Shown here: positions 31,195-41,114 of the stretch, piece after piece
Position numbering within the stretch: position 1 is the stretch's first letter
How the letters are laid out: each line of letters starts with the position of its first letter
Program-made: the position numbers and the translations under genes
The notes under the pieces: model-generated
What the model saw: the letters and a program-made list of their open reading frames with translations, nothing else
Databases searched by the model: none
Told to the model about the DNA's origin: nothing
Assembly (NCBI GenBank): GCA_945862005.1
Contig: CAMAWQ010000001.1
Coordinates: forward strand, 3,160 to 67,159
Length of the DNA: 64,000 bases
Origin: Hylemonella gracilis
GTDB lineage: Bacteria > Pseudomonadota > Gammaproteobacteria > Burkholderiales > Burkholderiaceae_C
Reading direction: 5' to 3'

Positions 31195-31682
31195 CCTTCG
31201 GCGTGCAAAACCTTACCGCCGGCCTCCACCGGTTTGGCGTGAATCAAAATCACGGCAATGATGCAGGTTTCCGTGCCGCGGTTGATCCAGTTGTGAACGG
31301 TGCCGCGCTGCACCATCACATCGCCTGATTTCAGGTGCACCTCTACGCCGTCGTCCATTTCCATCCAAATTTCGCCCGACATGACCACCAAGTAGTCGAT
31401 GCTGTCGGTGCGGTGCATGCGCCGCTCCACGCCGGGGCGGAAATCCAAAATACGGAAGACGGAGCCGTTTTCGATCATGGTGAACTTACCTTCGCGCATG
31501 CCGCCATCCTCTTGGCCGGAGTTGTTGGCCGGCACGGTGTCGGTGGTCCAGATGTTGCAAATGTAGGCGTTGCCGCGCCCGGGCTTGAAGTGCGAGCACA
31601 CTTCGTCAATTTTCACGATGGCTTTGCCGTTAGCGTCGTGGCCAGTCACAACGCGTCTGATTTTGGGGGTGCCTTGGTCCAT
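31191..31682 (-). CDS. Cupin domain protein
   Basis: RRVVTGHD.NGKA, MHRTDSIDY and GDVMVQRGTVHNW. Start MDQG after AAAGGAG. Confidence 0.88.
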   Translation of the reverse strand: MDQGTPKIRRVVTGHDANGKAIVKIDEVCSHFKPGRGNAYICNIWTTDTVPANNSGQEDGGMREGKFTMIENGSVFRILDFRPGVERRMHRTDSIDYLVVMSGEIWMEMDDGVEVHLKSGDVMVQRGTVHNWINRGTETCIIAVILIHAKPVEAGGKVLHAEG

Positions 31683-31695
31683 GAGGTCTCCTTTG

Positions 31696-32892
31696 TTAGT
31701 TAGAAAAAGCCGAAATGCCCGTTTGCGCGCGGCCCAAGATGAGGGCATGAATATCGTGCGTGCCCTCGTAGGTATTGACCACCTCGAGGTTGACCAGGTG
31801 GCGCACTACGCCGTATTCGTCAGAAATGCCATTGCCGCCCATCATGTCGCGCGCCATGCGGGCAATGTCTAAGGCCTTGCCGCAGGAGTTGCGCTTGAGG
31901 ATGGACGTGATTTCCACTGCGGCGGTGCCTTCGTCCTTCATACGGCCCAAACGGATGCAGCCCTGCAGGCCTATAGCAATTTCGGTTTGCATATCGGCCA
32001 GTTTTTTCTGGATGAGCTGGTTGGCAGCCAAGGGGCGGCCAAACTGCTTGCGGTCCAACACGTATTGGCGGGCCCGAAACCAGCAGTCTTCCGCCGCGCC
32101 CAATGTGCCCCACGCAATGCCAAAGCGTGCTGAATTCAAGCAAGTGAACGGCCCCTTCAGGCCCTGCACCTCCGGAAACGCGTTCTCTTCTGGGCAAAAC
32201 ACGTTATCCATCACCACCTCGCCGGTGATGGAGGCGCGCAAGCCCATCTTGCCGTGAATGGCCGGTGCGCTCAAGCCCGCCATGCCTTTTTCAAGCACAA
32301 AGCCACGGATGGGGCCCACCGCACCGGCTTCGGTCACTTCGCGAGCCCAGATCACAAACACATCGGCAATGGGGCTGTTGGAAATCCACATTTTGCTGCC
32401 CACCAAGCGGTAGCCGCCTGCGGTTTTGTGGGCGCGGGTGATCATGGAGTTGGGGTCTGATCCGTGGTCGGGATCGGTCAGGCCAAAGCAGCCAATCCAT
32501 TCGCCGGTGGCCAGCTTGGGTAAATACTTTTGGCGCTGGGCTTCGGTGCCAAACTCAAAAATAGGCACCATCACCAAGGAAGACTGCACGCTCATCATGG
32601 AGCGGTAGGCCGAATCCACACGCTCCACCTCCCGCGCTATGACGCCATAGCAGACGCTGTTGAGGCCGGGCCCACCATAGGCTTCAGGGATGGTGGGGCC
32701 CAGCAGGCCCAACTCGCCCATTTCGCGGAAGATGGCGGGGTCGGTGGTTTCATTTCGAAACGCGTCTTGAATGCGTGTGGCCAATCGTTCTTGGCTGTAC
32801 TCAGCTGCCGCTTCGCGCACCATGCGCTCGTCTTCTGTGAGCTGCTGGTCCAGCAAAAAAGGGTCGTTCCAAACAAATGAAGCGTTCGCCAT
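31696..32892 (-). CDS. gcdH: Glutaryl-CoA dehydrogenase-like acyl-CoA dehydrogenase
   Basis: [44 protein letters not shown] and [10 protein letters not shown]. Confidence 0.88.
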   Translation of the reverse strand: MANASFVWNDPFLLDQQLTEDERMVREAAAEYSQERLATRIQDAFRNETTDPAIFREMGELGLLGPTIPEAYGGPGLNSVCYGVIAREVERVDSAYRSMMSVQSSLVMVPIFEFGTEAQRQKYLPKLATGEWIGCFGLTDPDHGSDPNSMITRAHKTAGGYRLVGSKMWISNSPIADVFVIWAREVTEAGAVGPIRGFVLEKGMAGLSAPAIHGKMGLRASITGEVVMDNVFCPEENAFPEVQGLKGPFTCLNSARFGIAWGTLGAAEDCWFRARQYVLDRKQFGRPLAANQLIQKKLADMQTEIAIGLQGCIRLGRMKDEGTAAVEITSILKRNSCGKALDIARMARDMMGGNGISDEYGVVRHLVNLEVVNTYEGTHDIHALILGRAQTGISAFSN

Positions 32893-33065
32893 GGGGTCTC
32901 CTGAATTTTGATGAATCCCAAATCATACTGAGGGCCACTCTTTTCTTTCTGCAGCTGGTCTTTCGTCGGTTGGTCTTGTAAGTCGTATCAGGGTTGTTGG
33001 GCATAGCCTCAAGGGCGCGGCGCCGCTAGTATGTGGGAACCTTTTTAACCCTCTGGCACCTATCC

Positions 33066-34058
33066 ATGAATCACCGATCTGCTTTGTCCGCTCTTTTCTC
33101 TGTCATGGTGGCCCTGGTCGCCATGGCCTGGGCCCCAATGGCCCAAGCCCAAGCACAGGCCGACGACTTCCCCAAACGGCCCATCCGCTTGCTGCTGGGC
33201 TTCCCGCCCGGAGGCGGCTCTGACCTGGTGGCGCGCCTGATTGCCCAACCCCTAGGCGAGCGCTTGGGCCAGCCGGTGGTGGTGGACAACAAGCCCGGTG
33301 CGGGCGGCGCCATTGCAGCGGATATGGCGGCCAAGGCCACGGCCGACGGCTACACCATCATCCTGCTCCCCAGCGGGCATTCCAGTGTGGCCGCGCTCAA
33401 GCGCAATCTGCCCTTTCACCCGGTAAGAGACTTTGCATGGATTTCCACCCTCACCACCTATCCGCTGGCCTTGTCGGTAACGCCTAAATCGTCCATCAAG
33501 TAGTTTGCGGACTTTATTCCACGCAGCAAAGCCGAGCCGGGCAAGTTCACCTATTCGTCTTCCGGCATTGGCACCGCACCGCACTTGATTGGCGAGTGGA
33601 TTTTGTGGGAAGCCGGCATCAGTGCCGTCCATGTGCCTTTTAAAGGTGGCACCGGCCCCGTGACCGAGCTGCTGGCTGGCCGTGTGGATGTGATGATTGA
33701 CACCATGACGCTGACCGCATCCATGCTTAAAGACCAGCGCATTCGAGTGCTGGCCACCACCGCGCCCAGGGGCATGAGCCCACTGCCAGGGGTGCCCACT
33801 GTTTCCGACACCCTGCCCCAAATGGTGTTTGAGTCGTGGTTGGGCATTGCTGCACCGGCGGCTACGCCCAAGCCGATTTTGGACAAGCTCAACCGCGAGA
33901 TTCGTGCGGTTCTGGAGCTGCCTGAGGTGCGCCAAAAACTCAGCGACTTTGGCGGTGCCGCCCGCCCCAGCACACCCGCCGAGTTTCAGGCTCGCGTGGA
34001 GCGTGACATAGACAGCCTGCGCAAAGTCGCTCAGGAGCGCAAGATTGAAGCCGAGTGA
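33066..34058 (+). pseudogene. Bug/TctC substrate-binding protein interrupted by an in-frame TAG at 33501-33503
   Basis: The two track ORFs share one frame. Reading through gives PKSSIK*FADFIPRSKAEPGKFTYSSSGIGTAPHL, a continuous Bug sequence. Confidence 0.8.
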
Positions 34059-34088
34059 GCGCCTGCTAACCTTGGTTTAGGAGTGGCT

Positions 34089-34889
34089 ATGCCCCGCCGT
34101 TTTGTCGATTTGTCCATCTACCTTGAAAACGATGTGCTGAGCGACCCGCCCGCTTTCGCGCCCAAAATTGAGTATCTGAACCACGAACACACGGTGGAGC
34201 AAATCGAGGCGTTTTTTCCGGGTCTGAGCAAGCAAGACCTGCCCGACGGAGAAGGTTGGGCGGTGGAGTTTGTGAAGCTGTGCACCCACAACGGCACCCA
34301 CCTAGATGCGCCATACCACTTCCACTCCACCCAAGACCAAGCGCTGGGCCATAAAAAACCGGCCATCACCATCGATGAAGTCCCGTTGGAGTGGTGCTTT
34401 CAGCCGGGCGTAAAGCTGGACTTTCGGCATTTTGCAGATGGCTATGTGGTCACCGCCACAGACGTGGAGGCCGAACTGGCCCGCATTAGCCACACGCTGC
34501 AACCCTTAGAAATTGTGGTGGTCAACACCCGTGCGGGCTCGCGCTATGGCCATGCCGACTTTGTATCCAGCGGCTGCGGCATGGGCTACGAGGCCACCAT
34601 GTACCTATTGGAGCGTGGCGTGCGCCTGACCGGTACCGACGCCTGGAGCTGGGACGCGCCTTTTGTGCACACCGCCCAAAAGTACAACGACACCGGAGAC
34701 GCGTCTCTGATTTGGGAAGGCCACAAGGCCGGCCGCGACATAGGCTACTGCCACCTCGAAAAACTGCACAACCTGGAAGCCCTGCCCGCCAACGGTTTCT
34801 ACATCTCGTGCTTTCCCCACAAACTCCGCGGCGCTTCGGCCGGCTGGACGCGCGCGGTAGCTATTTTTGACGAGGCGTTAATCACTTAA
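34089..34889 (+). CDS. Cyclase-family metal-dependent amidohydrolase (kynurenine formamidase-like)
   Basis: HxGTHxDxPxH motif (HNGTHLDAPYH), GTDAWSWD and HLEKLHNL. Confidence 0.88.
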   Translation: MPRRFVDLSIYLENDVLSDPPAFAPKIEYLNHEHTVEQIEAFFPGLSKQDLPDGEGWAVEFVKLCTHNGTHLDAPYHFHSTQDQALGHKKPAITIDEVPLEWCFQPGVKLDFRHFADGYVVTATDVEAELARISHTLQPLEIVVVNTRAGSRYGHADFVSSGCGMGYEATMYLLERGVRLTGTDAWSWDAPFVHTAQKYNDTGDASLIWEGHKAGRDIGYCHLEKLHNLEALPANGFYISCFPHKLRGASAGWTRAVAIFDEALIT

Positions 34890-34914
34890 TTTACCGCTCA
34901 ATTAAGCGATTAAC
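34877..34914. repeat. AT-rich 15-bp inverted repeat between convergent genes
   Basis: GTTAATCACTTAATT-taccgctc-AATTAAGCGATTAAC, one mismatch. Confidence 0.7.
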
Positions 34915-34931
34915 CCTGCTGGCGTGCCCTT

Positions 34932-35489
34932 TTAAGCGGCAGTTACCCGCTCACTCTTCCAATACACATCGTCGCCGCCTTCAGCGCGGTTGAGCACGCG
35001 GGCCAGCACAAACAGGAGGTCGGATACGCGGTTGAGGTATTGGCGCGGAGCGTCTTTAAGCGCTTCTTCATTGCCCAGGGCTACCACGGTGCGCTCGGCG
35101 CGGCGCGCCACGGTGCGGCACACATGGGCCAACGAAGCTGCGCGGGTGCCTGCGGGCAAAATAAATTCCAAGAGCTTAGGCAGCGTGCTGTTGTAGTGCT
35201 CTAGGGCTTGGTCCAAGGCCAGCACCGCCTCGGGTTTAAGCAGCTCGTAACCGGGAATGGACAATTCTCCGCCCAGGTTGAACAGCTGGTGCTGAATTTC
35301 TGTCAACACCTCGCGCACATCGGCAGGCAAGGTTTCGCAAAGCAATACGCCCAAATTGGAGTTGAGCTCGTCCACATCGCCCATGGCGTGCACGCGCAGG
35401 CTGTTTTTGGATACCCGCGAGTTATCTCCCAGGCCCGTGGTGCCCGCGTCGCCAGTGCGTGTGGTGATTTGTGTGAGTCGGTTGCCCAT
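34932..35489 (-). CDS. PduO-type ATP:cob(I)alamin adenosyltransferase
   Basis: ITTRTGDAGTT, GDVDELNS, RTVARRAER and YLNRVSDLLF. Start at MGNRLT. Confidence 0.92.
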   Translation of the reverse strand: MGNRLTQITTRTGDAGTTGLGDNSRVSKNSLRVHAMGDVDELNSNLGVLLCETLPADVREVLTEIQHQLFNLGGELSIPGYELLKPEAVLALDQALEHYNSTLPKLLEFILPAGTRAASLAHVCRTVARRAERTVVALGNEEALKDAPRQYLNRVSDLLFVLARVLNRAEGGDDVYWKSERVTAA

Positions 35490-35536
35490 AAGAGTCCTTG
35501 TTGGCTTGGGTTTAGGTGAATCGTTTAGGTTAGCAG

Positions 35537-36355
35537 TTATGGTGCCATTATGGGTGGATGCTCTTGGGGGGCTTGCGCACGGGCTTGAAAGGGCGCTCGG
35601 TACACCCACACCGGCTTGCCTTGGCCCAAGGTTTTGTGTTGTCCCGAGGGCTGCTCTTCTACCTCTAGTGGCTGAATGTGCGCTTGCGGCTCGTAGCCTG
35701 TAGCCTCAAACTCTAAACTCACAAGGTAAGTGCCCGCTTTCATTTCAGCGCTTGCTTTAGCTAGGGCTCTGTTCATGGACTCGGGGCGCTGGAACACATA
35801 AACCAGGTCGTAGCTGGACCAGTCGGCGGCCCAAATATCACCGCGCTCTACCTGCGCCCACGGGCAGCGGCGGGCGCACCATACCGCCAACACGCCGCTG
35901 GACTCCAGACCAAACCATTGGGACAGTGGGTAGGCCTGGCGCAAAGCTTGCAAGCCATGGCCTAAGCCGCAACCCGCATCCAACAAGCGCGCGCCGGGCT
36001 CCAGCGGGGCCACGCTGGGCAGCTCGTTCAAAGCGTCCGGCGGCGTGGGGAACAGGGGCGCATCTCGCCAAGCATTCAGTGGGTAAATCAGCAGCAGCAC
36101 ACCCAAAGGCACCAGCCAGCCCCAAGCGGGCAGCTCCAACCCGCCCACCACGCTGACCGATACCGGAAAACCTAACCCGATGAACAACCGCCGCCACCAC
36201 GTGCTGCCGAGTAAGCTCATGCCCACTCCAAGTGCACAGGGCGCGCCCAAGACCCACAGGGCGTCGAGCTCCATGCCCAAGAGCGCTTTAAACAGCGCCC
36301 ATGCCAAACCCCAAGTGAGCAAAGCGGGCAAAGGCCAGGGCATATGTTTAAGCAT
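35537..36355 (-). CDS. Membrane-anchored class I SAM-dependent methyltransferase
   Basis: N-terminal TM helices, DAPLFPT and motif I LLDAGCGLG. Confidence 0.82.
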   Translation of the reverse strand: MLKHMPWPLPALLTWGLAWALFKALLGMELDALWVLGAPCALGVGMSLLGSTWWRRLFIGLGFPVSVSVVGGLELPAWGWLVPLGVLLLIYPLNAWRDAPLFPTPPDALNELPSVAPLEPGARLLDAGCGLGHGLQALRQAYPLSQWFGLESSGVLAVWCARRCPWAQVERGDIWAADWSSYDLVYVFQRPESMNRALAKASAEMKAGTYLVSLEFEATGYEPQAHIQPLEVEEQPSGQHKTLGQGKPVWVYRAPFQARAQAPQEHPPIMAP

Positions 36356-36407
36356 GGCCAACAGTGGGCTTAGGTTCAGGCTAAGGTTTGAGGCTTAAGT
36401 TGGAGGC

Positions 36408-37391
36408 CTAGTTTGAGGAGTGACCGCGTAAACGGTCGATCAAGCCATTGAGTTCGTCCATTGAGGCAAACTGAATGCTCAATTCGCCCATGTCTTCCAT
36501 TCGGCCTGCGCGCTTGATGCGTTTTTTTATGCGCACTTCCACAGCGGCCGTGAGCAAGTCAGACAACTCCTCCTCGACCCGGCGCACATCGCGCGACTTT
36601 TCTTTTTTGGGTTTTTGTGGGGTCAGCGCAAACTCTGCGCTCAGCTTTTTCACCAGACTTTCGGCCTCACGCACCGACATGTTTTTGGCGGCAATTTGGT
36701 TGGCCGCCGTGATTTGTGTGGCGCGGTCCAGCGCCAACAGCGCGCGCGCATGGCCCATGTCAATGTCACCGGCCATGAGCATGGTTTGTACGGGGTCTGC
36801 CAAATTGAGCAGACGCAACAAATTGCTGGCCGCACTGCGCGAGCGGCCCACCGCTTGGGCGGCCAACTCGTGAGTCAAGCCAAACTCTTTGATGAGCCTT
36901 TGCAAACCTTGGGCTTCTTCTAAGGGGTTGAGGTCTTCGCGCTGAATGTTTTCTATCAGCGCCATGGCGGCCGCTGATTCGTTGGGCACGTCGCGCACCA
37001 GCACAGGCACGCTGTCTAGGCCCGCCAGCTTGGCAGCGCGAAAGCGCCGCTCTCCCGCAATGATTTCATACAAAGGCTGGTCCAGCCATGCGTCCCCTTG
37101 GGGCAAAGTGGCGTCGGCCGCTGCCATGGCCACACGTTTGCTGCGCGCCTCTTGGGTGCCCAGGGGGCGCACCAAGATCGGCTGCATGATGCCCTGCACC
37201 TTGATGGATTCGGCCAACTCATACAGGGCACCTTCGTCCATGCGCGTCCTGGGCTGGTACATGCCCGCCACCAAGTCCGTAAGCGGCAAGGTGGTGGGGC
37301 TAGAGGCGTCTGCCGAGCGGTCTTGGGTGGCCGTTGGGCCCAAGAGGGCTTCTAAGCCCATGCCCAATCCTTTGGGTTTTTTGGTAACCAT
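36408..37391 (-). CDS. parB: Chromosome partitioning protein ParB
   Basis: GLGMGLEALLG, YQPR, IIAGERRFRAA, ENIQREDLNPLEEA and HTH GRSRSAASNLLRLL. Confidence 0.96.
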   Translation of the reverse strand: MVTKKPKGLGMGLEALLGPTATQDRSADASSPTTLPLTDLVAGMYQPRTRMDEGALYELAESIKVQGIMQPILVRPLGTQEARSKRVAMAAADATLPQGDAWLDQPLYEIIAGERRFRAAKLAGLDSVPVLVRDVPNESAAAMALIENIQREDLNPLEEAQGLQRLIKEFGLTHELAAQAVGRSRSAASNLLRLLNLADPVQTMLMAGDIDMGHARALLALDRATQITAANQIAAKNMSVREAESLVKKLSAEFALTPQKPKKEKSRDVRRVEEELSDLLTAAVEVRIKKRIKRAGRMEDMGELSIQFASMDELNGLIDRLRGHSSN

Positions 37392-37441
37392 ATGAGTGCT
37401 TTCGGGTGCTTTCGCTAAGTTTTGTTTGGGGATGTGTCGGT

Positions 37442-38233
37442 TTACGACTTCAAGGATTGAATGCGCGCCACCATCTCTTCGGCAAAGGTCACAAAAGCCT
37501 GCGCGCCTTTGGAGGCGGGGTCAAACACCACGCCGGGCACGCCGTAGCTGGGTGCCTCGGCCAGCCGCACATTGCGGGGAATGACGGCGTCAAACACCTT
37601 GTCGCCAAAGTGTGCCTTGAGCTGGTCGCTGACCTGCATTTGCAGCGTGATGCGGGGGTCAAACATCACGCGAAGCAAGCCGATGATTTGCAGGTCTTTG
37701 TTCAGGTTGGCATGCACTTGCTTGATGGTGTTGACCAAGTCGGTCAAGCCCTCAAGCGCAAAGTATTCGCACTGCATGGGCACGATGACCCCGTGCGCGC
37801 TGCACAGGCCGTTGAGCGTGAGCATGGACAAGCTGGGCGGGCAGTCGATGAGCACAAAGTCATAGTCGTCATTGGCTTGGGCCAACGCCTGCTTGAGCCG
37901 CTTTTCGCGCCGCTCCAAGTCCACCAGCTCCACCTCGGCACCGGCCAGCTCGCGGTTGGCGCCCAACACGTCGTAGCTGCAACCCGCTTGAATCAGTTTG
38001 TCACTTTTGGCATGGGCCTCGGCAATGCTGGCGGACTCTAGCAACACGTCGTACACGCTGAGCTTGAGGGCGCGCTTGTCCACGCCCGACCCCATGGTGG
38101 CATTGCCTTGGGGGTCCAAGTCGACCATCAGTACGCGCTGACCAATTTTGGCCAAGCCCGCCGCCAAATTGACGGTGGTGGTGGTTTTGCCAACGCCACC
38201 TTTTTGGTTGGCAACACAAAATATTTTGGCCAT
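37442..38233 (-). CDS. parA: Chromosome partitioning ATPase ParA/Soj
   Basis: NQKGGVGKTTT, DLDPQGNAT, IDCPPSL and PRNVRLAEAPS. Start at MAKIF. Confidence 0.96.
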   Translation of the reverse strand: MAKIFCVANQKGGVGKTTTTVNLAAGLAKIGQRVLMVDLDPQGNATMGSGVDKRALKLSVYDVLLESASIAEAHAKSDKLIQAGCSYDVLGANRELAGAEVELVDLERREKRLKQALAQANDDYDFVLIDCPPSLSMLTLNGLCSAHGVIVPMQCEYFALEGLTDLVNTIKQVHANLNKDLQIIGLLRVMFDPRITLQMQVSDQLKAHFGDKVFDAVIPRNVRLAEAPSYGVPGVVFDPASKGAQAFVTFAEEMVARIQSLKS

Positions 38234-38334
38234 GCGGGTTTCCGAAGTTCTTAGAGTGCGCGTTAAAGTGTGAAAAATGTGGAGCAGACAGCCAGTGAGT
38301 TTACGTGAGCTTGGTTGAGCTGAGCCTATTAAAG

Positions 38335-39054
38335 CTAAAACGGCGGCATGCTGATTGGCCGCATCCACACCAAGCAGCGCTCGGCATGCAGGCCCGGCAC
38401 GGGCAGTGGTTTCACGTGAAACACCTCAGTGTCGGCGGGCAAGGCTTTTATTTCATCTTGCGGGTCCTGGCCCTTCATGGCCAACCACACGCCCTCAGGC
38501 TTGAGGAGGTGGCGGGAAATTTGCACAAAGTCGGCCAATGAGGCAAAAGCACGAGACACCACCACATCAGCCAGCAAGCTCAGCGCCTCTACCCGGCTGT
38601 GGATGGCGCGCAAATTGGGCAAGCCCAGCTCCAGCGCCGCCTGCTGGATAAATGCCGCCTTTTTGCCTACGGTATCGACGCAGGTGATGTGCCAGCTGGG
38701 GTTGGCCACAGCCAGCACCACACCGGGCAACCCGGCACCCGAGCCCACATCTATGATATGCAGCGGCGGCTGCACCTTGGCGCCGCCAGCCTCGCTCATG
38801 CGCACCAGACCAGAAGCCTCCCAAATATGCGGCGCCACCGCCAAGCTGTCGAGCACATGGTGCGTGAGCATGGTCTGCGGCTCTAGCAGGTTGGTCAGGT
38901 TGTACACCCGCCCCCACTTGCTGATCATTTGCATATAGGTCAGCAGTTGCTCAACCTGTTTGCCATCAAGGCTCACGCCCAGCTGCTGCGCTCCCTGACG
39001 CAAGCTGGCTTGTATGGCCAAGCCCACCCCTTCCGTCCACATGGGCGCGATCAC
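38335..39054 (-). CDS. rsmG: 16S rRNA m7G527 methyltransferase RsmG (GidB)
   Basis: [27 protein letters not shown] and AMKG. Follows mnmG. Confidence 0.95.
   Translation of the reverse strand: MIAPMWTEGVGLAIQASLRQGAQQLGVSLDGKQVEQLLTYMQMISKWGRVYNLTNLLEPQTMLTHHVLDSLAVAPHIWEASGLVRMSEAGGAKVQPPLHIIDVGSGAGLPGVVLAVANPSWHITCVDTVGKKAAFIQQAALELGLPNLRAIHSRVEALSLLADVVVSRAFASLADFVQISRHLLKPEGVWLAMKGQDPQDEIKALPADTEVFHVKPLPVPGLHAERCLVWMRPISMPPF
38408..38423. promoter_or_regulatory. parS centromere-like site (inside rsmG)
   Basis: GGTTTCACGTGAAACA, matching the canonical TGTTTCACGTGAAACA core. Confidence 0.88.
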
Positions 39055-41114
39055 GCAGGCAAGCCCGCCTCGCCCAACTCACCTAAACCAGCCTGCTCCA
39101 TAGGGTCGACATGATCTGAAAGGGCCAAGCGCTCGGGCTCTGCGCCTAGCGTTGGCAGGCCGTGCACGCCCCGCTTTTTTAGGTGAATCAACAACAGAGA
39201 AATGCTGGCGGGCGTGATGCCCGAAATACGAGAGGCCTGGCCAAGGGTTTCGGGGCGCTGTTTTTGAAGTTTTTGGCGCGCCTCGATGGAGAGCGCCGCC
39301 ACCTGCAGGTAGTCCAAGTCTGCGGGTAGCCGCAAGCTCTCGAAGTGCAAAGCACGGCCCACCTCCTCGATTTGCCGGTCGATATAGCCCGCATACTTGG
39401 CGGCAATTTCCACCTGCTCGACCACGCCGGCGTACAAGTCGCCCGACTCTTTCATTAAGGCGGTTTCACGTGAAACAGTGGGGGCCACCTCTGCGCCAAC
39501 AACCATCGACGCCAACGCCGCGTAGCTCACGTCTGGCCGGCGCAGCAAGTCAAACAGGTTGTACTCGCGCTCAATGGCTTTGCCCAACACGCGCTCGGCC
39601 TCAGCCTGGGAGAGGTTGCGCGGATTGACCCAGGTGGACTTGAGGCGCTCGGTTTCACGTGAAACAGCGTCGCGCTTGCGGCAAAACGCATCCCAGCGCG
39701 CGTCGTCTACCAGACACAACTTACGGCCGGTTTCGGTCAGGCGCAGGTCGGCATTGTCTTCGCGCAGCTGCAAGCGGAACTCGGCACGGCTGGTGAACAT
39801 TCGGTAGGGCTCGGTCACGCCCTTGGTGATCAGGTCGTCCACCATCACCCCCAAGTAGGCCTCGTCTCGACGGGGCAGCCAATAATCTGGCGCACCCTGG
39901 TCGCCCGCAAGCTGGCGACATTGAATGGCCGCGTTGATACCCGCAAACAAACCTTGGGCCGCCGCCTCTTCATAACCGGTAGTGCCGTTGATTTGTCCGG
40001 CAAAAAACAGGCCACCAATTTGGCGGGTTTCAAAGTTGCTTTTGAGCGAGCGCGGGTCAAAGTAGTCGTACTCAATGGCGTAGCCGGGCCGCAAAATGTG
40101 GGCGTTTTCAAGGCCCTTCATGGAGCGCACCAAGTCGTACTGCACATCAAAGGGCAAGCTGGTGGAAATGCCGTTGGGGTAAAACTCGTGGGTGGTCAGG
40201 CCTTCAGGCTCCAGAAAAATCTGGTGGCTTTCTTTGTCTGCAAAGCGGTTGATTTTGTCTTCAACGCTCGGGCAATAGCGCGGGCCCACGCCTTCAATCT
40301 TGCCGGTGAACATAGGGCTGCGGTCAAAACCGGCACGAATAATGTCATGCGTGCGGGCATTGGTGTGCGTGATCCAGCAAGGCACTTGCTTGGGATGCAT
40401 AGACCGCTGCCCCATGAAGCTGAACACCGGCTCCACCGCATCGCCGGGCTGCTCCAAGCACTGAGAAAAGTCGATGCTGCGCCCGTCTATGCGCGGGGGC
40501 GTGCCGGTTTTCAGGCGGCCTTGCGGCAGCTTGAGCTCCTTAAGCCGGGCGGACAAGCTCACCGCGGGCGGGTCTCCGGCCCGTCCAGCGGCGTAGTTGT
40601 TAAGACCTACATGGATTTTTCCGTCCAAAAACGTGCCGGCTGTCAGCACCACGGTGTGGCTACGAAACTTAATACCCACCTGCGTCACTGCACCTACTAC
40701 CCGCTCACCCGTGCCGGTGGACTCCACCATCAAGTCGTCCACAGATTGCTGGAACAGCCACAAATTAGGCTGGTTTTCCAGCGTACGACGTATAGCTGCT
40801 TTGTACAGAATACGGTCGGCTTGCGCGCGGGTAGCTCTAACCGCTGGCCCCTTGGAGCTGTTGAGGGTACGAAACTGTATGCCGCCCTCGTCCGTGGCCA
40901 AGGCCATGACGCCACCCAGGGCATCAACTTCGCGAACCAAATGCCCCTTGCCAATGCCTCCAATGCTGGGGTTGCAGCTCATTTGCCCCAAGGTTTCAAT
41001 GTTGTGTGTCAGCAGCAGGGTGCGGCAGCCCATGCGCGCGGACGCCAAAGCGGCCTCGGTTCCGGCGTGACCGCCTCCGACCACAATCACGTCAAAAATT
41101 TGCGGGTACAACAT
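39051..41114 (-). CDS. mnmG: tRNA uridine-5-carboxymethylaminomethyl modification enzyme MnmG (GidA)
   Basis: [45 protein letters not shown] and [11 protein letters not shown]. Confidence 0.97.
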   Translation of the reverse strand: MLYPQIFDVIVVGGGHAGTEAALASARMGCRTLLLTHNIETLGQMSCNPSIGGIGKGHLVREVDALGGVMALATDEGGIQFRTLNSSKGPAVRATRAQADRILYKAAIRRTLENQPNLWLFQQSVDDLMVESTGTGERVVGAVTQVGIKFRSHTVVLTAGTFLDGKIHVGLNNYAAGRAGDPPAVSLSARLKELKLPQGRLKTGTPPRIDGRSIDFSQCLEQPGDAVEPVFSFMGQRSMHPKQVPCWITHTNARTHDIIRAGFDRSPMFTGKIEGVGPRYCPSVEDKINRFADKESHQIFLEPEGLTTHEFYPNGISTSLPFDVQYDLVRSMKGLENAHILRPGYAIEYDYFDPRSLKSNFETRQIGGLFFAGQINGTTGYEEAAAQGLFAGINAAIQCRQLAGDQGAPDYWLPRRDEAYLGVMVDDLITKGVTEPYRMFTSRAEFRLQLREDNADLRLTETGRKLCLVDDARWDAFCRKRDAVSRETERLKSTWVNPRNLSQAEAERVLGKAIEREYNLFDLLRRPDVSYAALASMVVGAEVAPTVSRETALMKESGDLYAGVVEQVEIAAKYAGYIDRQIEEVGRALHFESLRLPADLDYLQVAALSIEARQKLQKQRPETLGQASRISGITPASISLLLIHLKKRGVHGLPTLGAEPERLALSDHVDPMEQAGLGELGEAGLPA
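39462..39477. promoter_or_regulatory. parS site (inside mnmG)
   Basis: GGTTTCACGTGAAACA. Confidence 0.88.
39651..39666. promoter_or_regulatory. parS site (inside mnmG)
   Basis: GGTTTCACGTGAAACA. Confidence 0.88.

Noticed and set aside
33501-33503. Pyrrolysine or genetic-code reassignment of the TAG in the Bug gene
   Set aside because: No pyl genes are in the window, and TAG serves as a normal stop for comM, usp, parB and the porin.
36367-36418. CRISPR-like array in the short intergenic repeats
   Set aside because: Units are 12-14 bp, degenerate and have no spacers. No cas genes are present.
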